NCBI GenBank assembly: GCA_003693705.1
Contig: RBZT01000689.1
Coordinates: 1 to 53,322, forward strand
Length of the DNA stretch: 53,322 bases
Direction: 5' to 3'
From: Polymyxa betae A26-41
Lineage: Eukaryota > Protista > Endomyxa: Phytomyxea
Shown: positions 1 to 11,389 of the stretch, piece by piece
Position numbering within the stretch: the stretch's first letter is position 1
Layout of the letters: the number at the start of each line of letters is the position of its first letter
Position numbers and translations under genes: made by a program
Notes under the pieces: generated by a model
What the model was told of the DNA's origin: nothing
Databases searched by the model: none
What the model saw: the letters and a program-made list of their open reading frames with translations, nothing else

Positions 1-41
1 TGCGCCCCTGCTGACGATTCCTATAGGGGAAGAGCCCGAAC

Positions 42-424
42 TGTCACGGACTGCGCGGGTCCCCTCGTCTCCCTACTATGAATGGCGAGGAGCGGCCTCC
101 ACGCAACCATTCCGATCAACTCCAAAATTCATACGTTTCTCATCTCGTCTCCGACTCTCTATTGCTTCGTTCTCTCGCCTCGCCTCACCTCCGACTCCCC
201 TCCGACCTTCGTCTCCGCTCCGCCTCCGTCTCACCGGCACCGCTCGGTACGTCCTTCCTACGCTCCGCTACGATCCCCACTCCGTCCCCCGCCGCTCCGC
301 CTCCGAGGACTCCCTGACGTCGCTCCGTTGCAGGACACCGGTCCCCCGCGTCCTACCCTCTGCTCCCGAGTCATCGCACCGCTTATCTAACCAATAAAAG
401 GGGACTTTTTACTCGATCCTAACA
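42..424 (+). mobile_element. Probable 3' LTR of an LTR retrotransposon whose body lies left of the window
   Basis: Starts TGTCA (42) and ends TAACA (424). It is preceded by a purine tract AGGGGAAGAG (25-34, PPT-like) and contains AATAAA at 393-398. No TSD is visible, as expected for one end of a larger element. Confidence 0.5.
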
Positions 425-799
425 GTCAAGACTTTCATGCGCGCGCTGTACGCCAGTATTGGCCTCGCTCTCCCACCCCTGGATGCGCCATCCGCAATTT
501 CGTACCAGCCCAAGAACCTAATATCGGAGCAGCTCATCAGCAAACGCCGGTGAAATCCAGTACGGAATAGAAATGGGGGCTATCCTTATTCCTGTACCGA
601 AAGCACGTGAGACGATGAGACTCAAATTCCCAACTCGTGTTTACACGGGCCCTCTTCTCGCGAGCTACTTATTCATGAAGGACTCGACGCTGTGTTTTGG
701 AGATGGCCCTGAATGCATTGCGAAACTAAAATTCTCGGAGGGCAGTATCTTCTCGACGGAGGTACTTCGATTTTAAAGTCACACACGATCTAAGAATAT

Positions 800-2050
800 C
801 TGATGTCGTAATCGAAAAACCGTCAATGATGGACTATATATCAAAACATGGAGATTTTATGATCCAGGACTGTAAACATGGGTGCATGCATTGCCTATGC
901 AATGGTGCTGATTATAAGTATTCTTGTTGATTGTCTTTGACATTCAATTTTGTCGAATCATTCGTTGCTTAGATCTGAGCATTCCGATTACACACGCTGG
1001 GCGCTGAAAGCGGTCAAGCTTGATCGAAAAGGTGCCACATCAATGACCGATAATGGTCCTGCTTTGAGCATAGTTGCTGAAGAATTAAAAATGAAAAAAC
1101 TTCTCTGTGTGCATCACTTTCAAGCTGAAGCAATGAGGGTTCCAACAAACTTAACGGAAATTACAGTATATGTACGATCCAATTTCTTGCGAGGCGATTA
1201 TTCAGGATTTGTTGCACAAACTCTGCTCTAGATGAGCATTTTATCAAACGCCACAATGCTCGTCTTATAATCAGGCGACTAATTTATTGAATCTTTTTTT
1301 TTTTCCACAATTGGCTGGAAAGAATATCAGCAGGGACAGCTCCAACTCAACGGGCTGATGGAATCAATGCAATTGTGAAAAATCGTGGAGAGAAGGAAAA
1401 AGAATTGAAAAGAATAAATCTTTACCAGCTTGTCTAGTCGCCATAACTTCTTTTCGAGAACAAGGGACGCTGAAAACCATTGTAAATTGATAAAGAACAA
1501 TATGGAATGGAGCGGCTACGTGCAAAATTAAACAAAACAAGATTCAAACCGAGCATAAACAACAGAGCGATTTCGTTTCTTCACAGCCGCTTGCTAACAA
1601 GCATCAGAAGCTGCCAACAGCGGTTCCGATAAACAGAGTCGCCGTTGCAAAGGTTGTGCATGATCAACGAGCTTACAACCTGCTGCGTGATGGCAGAATG
1701 CGATTTTCTGACTGCGATTTGAGAAGAATTCAAATCACAAAATCACTTCTCAGCGGATACCCCCTTCAATCGAATCTCAATATCCTCGGATTTGACGAAC
1801 TGCAATCCTTTGAGAAGACGAGCGTATTTCCAACAGCAAACGGACTTGCTGTGAGCTGCCTTGAGAGAAACACTTCCAGAGGCTCAACGATACCATTGAA
1901 CTGATATCGAATACGGGACTGCTCATGAGATGCTGAAACACAATTGCAATATAGATGTTTAAAAAATATATAAAAGGAATCTCTGCAGAGCAAAAAAACG
2001 GGGGCAACAGTATATCGATTTCCCAAAGAAAACAAATTTACCGATATTCT
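800..2050 (+). mobile_element. Degenerate Mutator-like (MULE) transposase remnant
   Basis: ORF 950-1231 contains SMTDNGPALSIVAEELKMKKLLCVHHF, matching the MULE TD..AL...CxxH signature. Near 1335-1380, GTAPTQRADGINAIVK resembles the T..R.E..N...K catalytic segment. Many stops and frameshifts. Confidence 0.65.
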
Positions 2051-2279
2051 ATGTTAATCATAAACCATCTTTGGCGGCGAAAGCAAGGTAAATGATCTGC
2101 AACAGCAGCGCCGATCACAAAGGACTGAGATGCTGGACGAACAGCACAGTGAAGAGTTATTTCTACCTTGTATCAAACCCGGCGGAAGCGCGACCTGATT
2201 TCAGCCGGCGGAAGAGCACCCGGTGGAAGGTGAAATCAATATGTTTATCATTATTCAAATGATGATGATAATGATGAAG

Positions 2280-4455
2280 TTTGATGGCAAGCTCAACGGG
2301 TTATATAGTCTGTACTATTGTACTTCATTCTATTCATTCTTCGGCAAAACATTCCGTGGAACAAGACTGATTCTGTATACAAGAATATAACTGTAGGGAA
2401 TTCTACAATTGATAGATAAATCCTTCGAGTGAAAGGAGATGTTAGTGTGAGCCTTGCCGTTGTTGCCAGAAAATCAAGAAAATAATGCACAGGCAGCCAA
2501 TGCCAGCTAGAATCGTGACCCCCATTCTGCAGTATATTCTCCAATCCTCGCAGCTGCCTATCATATGAAATCAAATAATGGCAGAAATTGTATGTAAGAA
2601 ACAAGAATCAGCATCCACAATGAGCGTAATTAACAGTAATATGATACCAGATCGTTCTGCAGGCAGACCATAGAGATCATTGGTAAAGATTTCCACTTCC
2701 AGAGATATATGGGCAGGTGAAGAGACAGTCCTTTGAAGCCGTTGCCGTTCGTGACCCAGATTCAGAGTAGCCAGCTCTAGAAAACAGTCCGTGAATGACT
2801 TCGTAATATAGTCTGTCATGTAACATTACCAAAGAAAGGTCCCTCTTCGGAATGTGAGAAGCGATGAAGGGTTCTGGAAGACCCAACGGAGTCCCTATTG
2901 TCTGAGAGCGAGGCCGAGCCGTCGCCAAAACTGGTGGATCCGGAGACTATACTACAGAGTCAGTAAAGGTTGTTCATAACCACATGTGTAATGTTACATA
3001 CCAGTGATGAGACTCAGCATGATCAATACAGGGACAATCATCACCATGGTAAAACCACCAGCTGACAAGGAATATCGATCAATTTCCGGATCCGTCCACG
3101 CAGGTTTTTGCGCAGGTTCTTTTCGCAGAGAAACCGTTAAAGGCTGCGCAACACAAGATATTGAATTAGGTTGTTCATCTCGAGCATTCGCTGCTTTGAA
3201 GCTACCTGTTTCGACTTGAACGACTGGTCCAGATAGAAGCCAGATTATAACTAGAGAGAGCGCAGCCCTTTTATAGCAGGAGTTCCAAAGAAATGTGCGC
3301 GTCCAGCAGTCCCTTTTTTAATGAGAGGCCACGCCTTTGGACTTTGAAGATTTTCTGCTTTGCTCTGACAAGTCTAGTCCACGATTTCATTTTTAAAACA
3401 TAGAACCTTCCTAAATTCAGCGTGGTGCAATGATACAGATCTGAAGTTCCTACAACCGATCTCGGAATCTTCCTGTTCAAAATTATTGTTTGATGGCAAG
3501 TTCCACGGGTTATCTGGTCTGTCCTGTTGTACTTTAATCAAATCATTCTTTGGTACAAGACAGATTCTGCATAGAAGAAATTTAAAGGCGTGATATCTAC
3601 GCATAATAGAATAATCCTTGGTATGTATTGGGAGATTTTAGTGTGCGCCTTGCCCAGAATCACAAAGAATGAAGATAATGATGCACAGGAAGCCAAGGCC
3701 AGCTAAAACCGTGACCGCCATTCTGCAGTATACTTTCCAATCCTCGCGAAAGTCTATAATATGAAATCAAAAATTATGGCAGAAATTGCCAACAACAAGA
3801 ATCAGCATCCACAATGAGCGTAATCAATTGCAATATGATACCTGGTCGTTCAACAGGCAGATCAAAGATATCATCGGTTAAAATTTCCAATGATATATCG
3901 GAGGTGAAGAAAAAGTCCTCTGAAGCAGTGGTCGTTCTTGAGCCAGATTCTGAGTAGCCAGATCTAGGAAACAGTCCGTGAATGATATCGTTCTGTCATG
4001 TAACATTACCAGAAAAGGATCTCTCTTCGGAATGTGAGAAGCTATGACGAGATCTGTATGACCCCTCCGAGTCCCAATTGCGTGAGAGCTGGACCGAGCC
4101 GTTGCGGAAACTGTTGGTGGTGTTGGATCCGGAGACTATACTACAGCGTCAGTAGAGGCGGTTGTTACAAACCCGTGATGAGGCTCATCATCATCAATAC
4201 AGGGACGATCATCATCATGGTCAAACAACGAAAAGCGAATGGAATTTCGATCAATTTCCGGACTCCGCGCACGCAGCTCTTTGCGCAACTCAGAGAAATC
4301 ATTAGGGGCTGCGCTGCACAAGGTATTGAAGCAGCATTTTCTGCTTTGCTCTGAAAGTCTAATCCACGATTTAATTTTCTAACATAGAACCTTCCTATAC
4401 AGAGCCTGATTTGATGATAAAGATCAGAAGCTCCTTCTACCGATCTCGGAATCTA
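2280..4455. repeat. Diverged tandem duplication of about 1.2 kb unit (degenerate minus-strand coding remnant)
   Basis: 2280-2960 aligns by eye with 3489-4150 (TTTGATGGCAAG.., ACAAGAATCAGCATCCACAATGAGCGTAAT, GGATCCGGAGACTATACTACAG). 3005-3190 aligns with 4174-4350, and 3370-3470 with 4356-4455. Confidence 0.9.
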
Positions 4456-6560
4456 CCCGCCTATGCTTACTGATTTATTTCACGGAAATGAAACAGAAAG
4501 TGTTGTGTCTATGGACTGTAAAAACACATTGTTGTAATGAAAATTTCAGGGAGTAATGTTGGTGTTTATTCAATCGGACAAAATCTCAGGACCAATCATA
4601 TTCCCGGATGCTTCGCAGTCCGAGGAATCATCGTTGCCCTTTCGCCGCCCTTCCTGTCCTGATCGGCCCTTCCTCGTGAATTTCGGATATAAAGGACACA
4701 CTTTGTTTCGGCATTTATCTACGCTTTTCTTTCTCGTAGCACACTTCCTTTGGAAACTTTCAAGACAAATAAACTTCAATCATTATGATGACAAAATCCA
4801 ATTCCTAGAAAAAGTGTTGAACCTGTAGCGGAAAAATAATCAAATAAAAGAAACGCCATCGCTTATGGCCGTCGTTTCCACCGTTGCCCTGTCAGGTCGC
4901 GATCATCATTATCGCCAATAAGTCCACAGACGTCGCCAAGGTCTGTATAGACCACAGCCACCGCCTCATCTATACAAGGAGGCTTTTCATCTGGCCAAGG
5001 TTACATCTGCCTCTCGCGTTGTTGTAACCGACCTTTGTCTTTGATCGAGCAGCGATCTCGGACGCCCCATCACACCTCCTCCAGCCTTACAGTAGCTGAG
5101 CCGTTAATGCTTTCGCTGTTTCGATCTTTGAAAGCTTTGGATGCTGATCTATTGTCACTCTGTGTTGTATTGCAATTAAGCGGGATGCTTCAGCACAAAA
5201 CAGTGGCTAAATCCTCATATTATGGGCCATCTTGCTTATTGCAATGCCAGTTTGGTGATACAGTTTAGTCAAACTCTGATTGGCTTTGATTGATCGGAAC
5301 ATAACGATTGTTTTCCTTTTCTCAGATTCCTTGTAGCCATATTGGTCCCTGTTCCGATTCTTTTCCGAATAGATTCCTTTTTGCTCATGCAGCTGAACGT
5401 TTCATATGAAACAGATATTCAAAGGACTTTTGTGCATTGTCTGTGCAGGCTGATTGTGACGAATGGACAGTTGATTTTGAGTTTTGTCAACAGAAAAGGT
5501 GAAATCGAAAGCGGTAGCTCGGAAGCGGTGTTGTAGAGGTTATAAAGCGCCTCTATCAAACGCTCTCAGTCTTCCGAAGATCCCGAATCCGGATGATTTC
5601 GAGACATTGCTGACAAACTTCGATTCGAAGTCATTTAAGGACCAGAACTGCTTCTTCGAATGTTTTGCGACAATATTATAATCGGAAGGAGATGCGGGCA
5701 GTCTGTTTAAGGGATCAGGAGTTCCCTGATACATTTGCCCATGCCGAACCGCTTCATGGAGTTGTTGGGGTGCTGGGTGCGAAGTCCTAGACGATGGATG
5801 CGATAAACTCAAACAACACAATCTCACACTCGGTGTGTATAGCTACTCTGATTTATTCGATATGTTTGTCGCACTTATAAAGTCCGCAGAATGTTCCACG
5901 CATGTTTCCACTGGAGCGGGGTGCGACCATCTTACTCACTAGAATGTTCCGAACACTCCAACAGGAGTTCCCAAACAAGTTGATCTGGCGTGGAATCTTC
6001 ATGCACAGGTTGCTATGTTGATTAACAATCTTCTCAACATGGAAAAAAGTTTTCAAGATGGAGCAAATGTTGGTCATGGTTCGTCATTAATAAAGCTATT
6101 TACATCAGCACTTTGGACACGATTCGGACAATATCTGATGGTAAAAGGTCGCAGGTGATCGTGAAAGACGATCGATCAAAATATTACATCTGTTCCAGAG
6201 GAACCTGCGAGAGACTATCATTGGGCTCAATCCGGACCTTCGGATTGCCGATCTGACCCTACATCCGATCTCGGTCCTGCCCAGAATCCGCGCTCGAAAC
6301 TCCTCGATTCCTGAATCAATCATTGATGACATTCTTGGGGAGCGCCGTTGGATTCGAGCAATGGAAAAGCACGGGAAACGCTGCAGTCTAAACTGCAAAA
6401 GTTTCGGACAGAATGAGGATGGAAGAATACAAAAACAAGTTGTAAAAATCGCCAAAAATGAAAATGGCGAACTGAAAAGTTGCGTCAAGTTCAAGATTTA
6501 TTCAAAAATTTCCGTCGATTTTCATGAATATTATGACAAGGACTCGGCCGATGTTCAGCA

Positions 6561-6848
6561 ATGGCAATCCCAGGAACTGGTTATAAGACGACCCGGCTCC
6601 TAATAGGTGCCTCTATCCTGCTCGTAACTGAGCTCGCCGCCGTATCATTAGGCTGGGCCTGGGCCGTAGATCATGATACCCTTCTGATCGTCTGGGGCGC
6701 CCTCAACTCCGCCTTTCTGTTCTCGCTGGGGTTCTGTTGTGGGGTCGTGGTGCGCGGCCAGCCCGAAATCGTCCAAATCGACGATCTCAGTTTGGAAAGG
6801 CGTCCATCGATTCGACCTGGAGAGACTTTCACGGATCTCGACTGGTAA
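6561..6848 (+). CDS. Small hypothetical membrane protein (2 hydrophobic segments)
   Basis: 95-aa ATG ORF, GC-richer than its flanks, with two hydrophobic stretches (LLIGASILLVTELAAVSLGWAWAV; LLIVWGALNSAFLFSLGFCCGVVV). No recognised family. Confidence 0.4.
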   Translation: MAIPGTGYKTTRLLIGASILLVTELAAVSLGWAWAVDHDTLLIVWGALNSAFLFSLGFCCGVVVRGQPEIVQIDDLSLERRPSIRPGETFTDLDW

Positions 6849-7289
6849 CAAAACCCAGATTCTGTTATGATCATGCAGATCTGTATTCAATAATCCAAGA
6901 TGCGAATGCATTGATAATTCTACTCCTTCATTGCCGAAGAAATAGGCATTCTTAGAGAGAAACCCTAAACCCTAACCTGAAACACCGCCAATTGTACAAT
7001 GACGGGCGATTCGCAGAAGCCGATATTATCAAAGTTGTGCTCGCCGAGGTCCGAAATCGGATTATGTTATCACATTGTGATTGAACTATTGCAAGCATCG
7101 TCTTTCCTATCCAGCGCCATAGCTTTTGGCTCGCAGAGGGCAGAAAACGGTCGTGCTGAGGCGGATTTCTTCTCTGACTGACGACATCGGTGACTCCCAG
7201 TCTGGTGCAGTGCTCCGCCTCGCCTCGCCTTTCTCAAACCCGCAATGCAACATTTCAGGTTTTCGCGAACATTTTCATTGAAATTTGCA

Positions 7290-7900
7290 GATACAAGACC
7301 GATTCCCCCATCGAGATTGATGTGTGCTTAAGATCATTCTGGCAGCTCATTTTAATGCAAGCAGGGACAGCGTAACATATTCAATGAGGCCAAGCTACCA
7401 CAGCCTTCACGTTTTAGGTTCAATTTTGCATCGATGGTCTTGGCCCAGATTTTCTGAAACGAACTTGCAATCAGTATCCTTTTTTTGAGTGGCTTCCTAG
7501 GATGTTGGGGATGGTTCTGTGAGTACGATTATGGGTATTGCGAACACTGATAGCCATCGGATTTGTAGCAGGCCGCAGCTTGGAATCCAGAAATGTTCGG
7601 ATAAAAACCCTTCCGAATTGCCTAGAGATAAAAGCTTAATTGATAGGCAACCCCATGTACTCCATAAATGCTGTCGAAGACCTCAAATGAAATAGAAACC
7701 TGTAAAACAGGGACCGCCATCACCTGTAACGATTTTGCAACAAAAGCAGCGGAACGAGGCATAACGACTGCGACATGAAGATGGCTTGATCGATGATGGG
7801 AATATTGAAATCGTTGACGGAGGCAACGCATATGCGGAATCTTCCCGGAATCACGTTGGACCGCTGCCCATTACCACCACGTTTGTTTGTGATTGTTCTG
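7290..7900 (-). pseudogene. Degenerate copy of an unidentified coding repeat also present at about 15.2-17.5 kb
   Basis: Minus-strand translation LKKRILIASSFQKIWAKTIDAKLNLKREGCG matches LQKLILEVSLCLRIGRAKITDRTLNLKREGCG of ORF 15238-15894. Nucleotide similarity is visible between 7290-7460 and 15695-15860. Confidence 0.55.
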
Positions 7901-8436
7901 TTGGCAGACTGAGCAGACTACTTATGTATACAGGCAAAAAAAAGGTCGAAAATGTAGTATGGATGCCTTGATACGGCTGTGTGTTTAGGATTAGGGCTTG
8001 AACTAAGAAGCAAACACAATTCTCGTCTCAATGTATTCAGACAAACCGTTGTCTACAGAAATGACCGTTGTCTACAGAAATGGATTCTTCGAGGCTTTAG
8101 ATGCTCGTCATTTGCACTCTATGGACTGGTAATGTCGGTTTGGCATTCTACAACTTTGATTGCCGCTCTTCAAAGGACATTGAAATTGATTTCGAATCAT
8201 TCAAAAGATTGGTCGAGATTTGTGAGTATCATAGAATCGTCAGCATTTTGGACAACCTGGACGAAATCAGAGCCATACTGGCCCCAATCGACATCCGAAC
8301 CGCGCAGCCGTTTCCGCCGTTTTTTCACCTTCGCTTATGATTTTTTCTTCGGTATCTGATAAAGAAGGAGCAGATTTTTTTTGCTGGAAACGACTGCGGG
8401 GAAGGGTACGGCCAGCACGACCCCGATGAATATCCG

Positions 8437-10797
8437 ATGGGCAGCGGCCGCATCTGGGTGGCGGCGGCCCTCATCGTCATCGTCGTCGTCGACTTCAACG
8501 AGGCCAGGCTCGTCTTTCTATCGGGGCCGTTACAGAACCGATCGCTGGGTTGCGCCACCGTCAATCTCGCCCTGGGCGGCCAGTACGGCACCGGGAGCCC
8601 GGTCACGGCCCGCCTCTACTGGTTCGCAGACAACCCGTGCGATTCGGCCGCCGTCCATGGCGACGCTAACGTTGCTGGCCGCGCCGTAATGCTGGCGACG
8701 CTGGGCGTTTGTGCCGACGAGGTCGTGTACGACAACTTTCGGACCGCGGGGGCCGCCGCTCTAATCCGTACGTTGCTGTCGACTTTTAGTTTTGTGATTT
8801 TGTCTCAACGAATCCGAAAGAAGACGAACGGGATTGATATTTCAGTGAAAATAAAGGTTTTTGGAATTATTTTAGTTGGTTTTTGGCGAGCAATCGATAA
8901 ACTTTGTTTTTCTCTTATTGCAGCCGTGGCCATTACTCATTCGATGAGGATTTGAAATTAGTCGATTTGCACAAAATTGGAGTTTCGAGTTAGGCAAAAC
9001 AAAGTTTAACTTTCTGGATTCGTTATTCCGAAAGTTTGTTGCCAATGAAATCCATCAATTTATTCATGACATTGGTGATTGATTTTCGGTTTCGTTCTGT
9101 GTGTCTGTAGGATCCCAGCTCGTCGATAACGTTCTTCATCAGGATCTACGCCCTACTATCCCGGTAATGACGCCTATATGCAAGATGCGGGCCGTCGCCA
9201 GCAACCCATCACTAATACGATCTCGTACGTGGAATTCTTCGAACCCGACATTGCCATCGGATCGGTGCGTGACGCAGCCGGCGACTTGGTTTCTGTATCC
9301 CCTGATTACAACATCTGGATTGATTCCTTCCAATCCTGGTAACGTAGCTTTCTATTCGCAAAGATATTTTCGTTTTGTTTTTGTAAATTCGAAATTTTTG
9401 CTCTGAAGGCTAGATTTGTTGCCTTTCGGATTGTTGGTAACATTACATTTCGAAGTATGAAGAACTGGTTGTGAAGGCCCTCTCTGTAGGTTCTATCAGA
9501 CGTTTCTTCGTTGGGTTCCAGCAGGTCTATTTGGATTAGCTGCCGCCTCATCGGTTTATTTCCTGTATCTGCACTACCTCCTCTTAGGTCAGCGAACGTG
9601 TCGCAAAACATCGAGGTCGGTCCAAGAAAATGTGGATTCCGAAGAACACTAATAATGCGGACAGAGCGAGCATGTACAGGCGGATGGATTCACGACTTCC
9701 CATGGCGGCGCTGGCATTGCAGGCGGTGTCGGCTTCTGTAATGTCGGTGGTGATGGCGCTCAGCGGCAACGCCTCTGCATCGGGTTTGCCGACTTCAGTG
9801 GCTCATTTCTTCATTACGCACCTTTCTGGTAATCTTTCCCATTTCGCAACTTTTTATGCATTTACGCAGCTTCTGCTCCAACACTTCTTTTTCATTTTGA
9901 CGACTACGCAACTTGTTTTTCAACATCTGCGCTGTTATGCATCTCTGCGATTTCAATGATTCGATTCTCTCTCTTTCTCTGTTACCGTTGCGCAGCTTTC
10001 TGTTTCTACACTCCTTTTTCATTTTTGCGACCACGGAACTATTGTTTCGATATCCTGCGCTGTTATGCTTCTCTGCGTTTTCAATGATTCGATTCTTTGT
10101 CTTTCTCTGTTTCCGATACAGACAGTGGATGGTGTTACATAGGCTGCTCCTGGGTCGTGACTCAGATCTCGGCGTTCATCTGGCACAACGTCCTTCGTCA
10201 GCAAGGACGCCAATCCTGCCGATTGCCGACGCTGGCGTTCAAGATCCTACTCCTGGTCCCGTTCGTACTGGACCTCGTCACGTCCATCTGCTATGCGCAT
10301 TTCGTCGAGAAACGCTACCCGGAAATCATGGTGGCAAACGGCGTCCTGTTTGCCGTACTGGAGCTTCTGGTCGGCGGCTACTTTCTGCTCAGCGCCTTCT
10401 CCGTCAATGTCTTCCTGCGACGTATCACCGGAGATGTCCAAAATCATGATCCGGAGCGGCATCGGTTTATCCAACGGTACGAGCGACGACGGTTTCTTTT
10501 CGCCGCGAATGAAGTTGCCGTAGAATGACGATCTGCGCGTTCGGCCTCGGCGTGACGACCACGGCGTTCTTCCTGGCGAGCGTGATCGTCGCCTTGCATG
10601 ACTGGTTTGTACGACCGACTGGCTGGACGACGACCTGGGCGATTTACTCGCTGTCGAATTCTACGAAAGGGCTTTTTCATGCGTATTTACTGAAGCCGAA
10701 AGAACCGGGACGAATGCCGGCGCCATTAGCCCCATTGCAGACGAATGAAACTGTCTTGAATGGCGCGTTCATGTTAGAAAGCGACGCCACTCACTGA
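8437..10797 (+). CDS. Signal peptide + PA-like ectodomain + about 7 TM receptor-like protein (copy 1, 6 exons)
   Basis: Exons 8437-8767, 9143-9338, 9490-9615, 9665-9828, 10143-10476 and 10524-10797 join in frame through GT-AG introns. The product is collinear with the 11390 paralogue (LVFLSGPLQNRS/LTFLNGPLYNRS; DYNIWIDSFQSWFYQTFLRWVP/DPNLWAALFASWPYELFVRWLP; PTGWTTTWAI/PTGWALTWAI; LLKPK). Confidence 0.85.
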
Positions 10798-11389
10798 GTT
10801 CTCAGGGTCACCTACAAAATTTACGGATTCACCATAATATGGAATCTGTATTGGATCTGCTCATGCCTGCTTCTATTACTCTTGCTCAATACACAATGAT
10901 TGTTATTCGATTAAGTCGTGACCATTCGGGCATCGACTGATAGAAGTTCTCTTAATTGCAGAAAGTGCGCACGAACTCCGGCGCACTGACATATTATACA
11001 GCTTCTGTCTCAGCGATCCTGATCTGTGCCTTACTGGGTCACTCACTCCACACCTCTCGACAACCAACCTCTAAACGTTCTCTCTCTGCCATCATGAATG
11101 AGCTATGGAGTACCTTTTGGCTTCTGTCTCAGCTCGGGTTTGGAAATTTACGGAATTTTTTATGTTTATTGATAGGCAAGTTCCAGCTCTGACTGCTTGC
11201 GTTAATGCATGAAGTGCCGGAAACAGCCCGGAATTCGCATTGACTCAAGACCGGATGTGGATGGCAAAATGGCGCGAGATTATCTTCGGTATGAAGGCAA
11301 GTCCCCGTAACGGCAACTTTACGCGTTCGTGCATCATTTTATGCGATCGATCGACCTTTCGGTACACGATTATTTATCTGTACTCGCTG

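Noticed and set aside
5000-6550. Plus-strand run of interrupted coding-like fragments
   Set aside because: Probably a decayed gene or TE, but no motif could be assigned.
11240-11389. Upstream extension of the 541-aa ORF
   Set aside because: Starts at TTG; paralogue alignment and the signal peptide point to ATG 11390.
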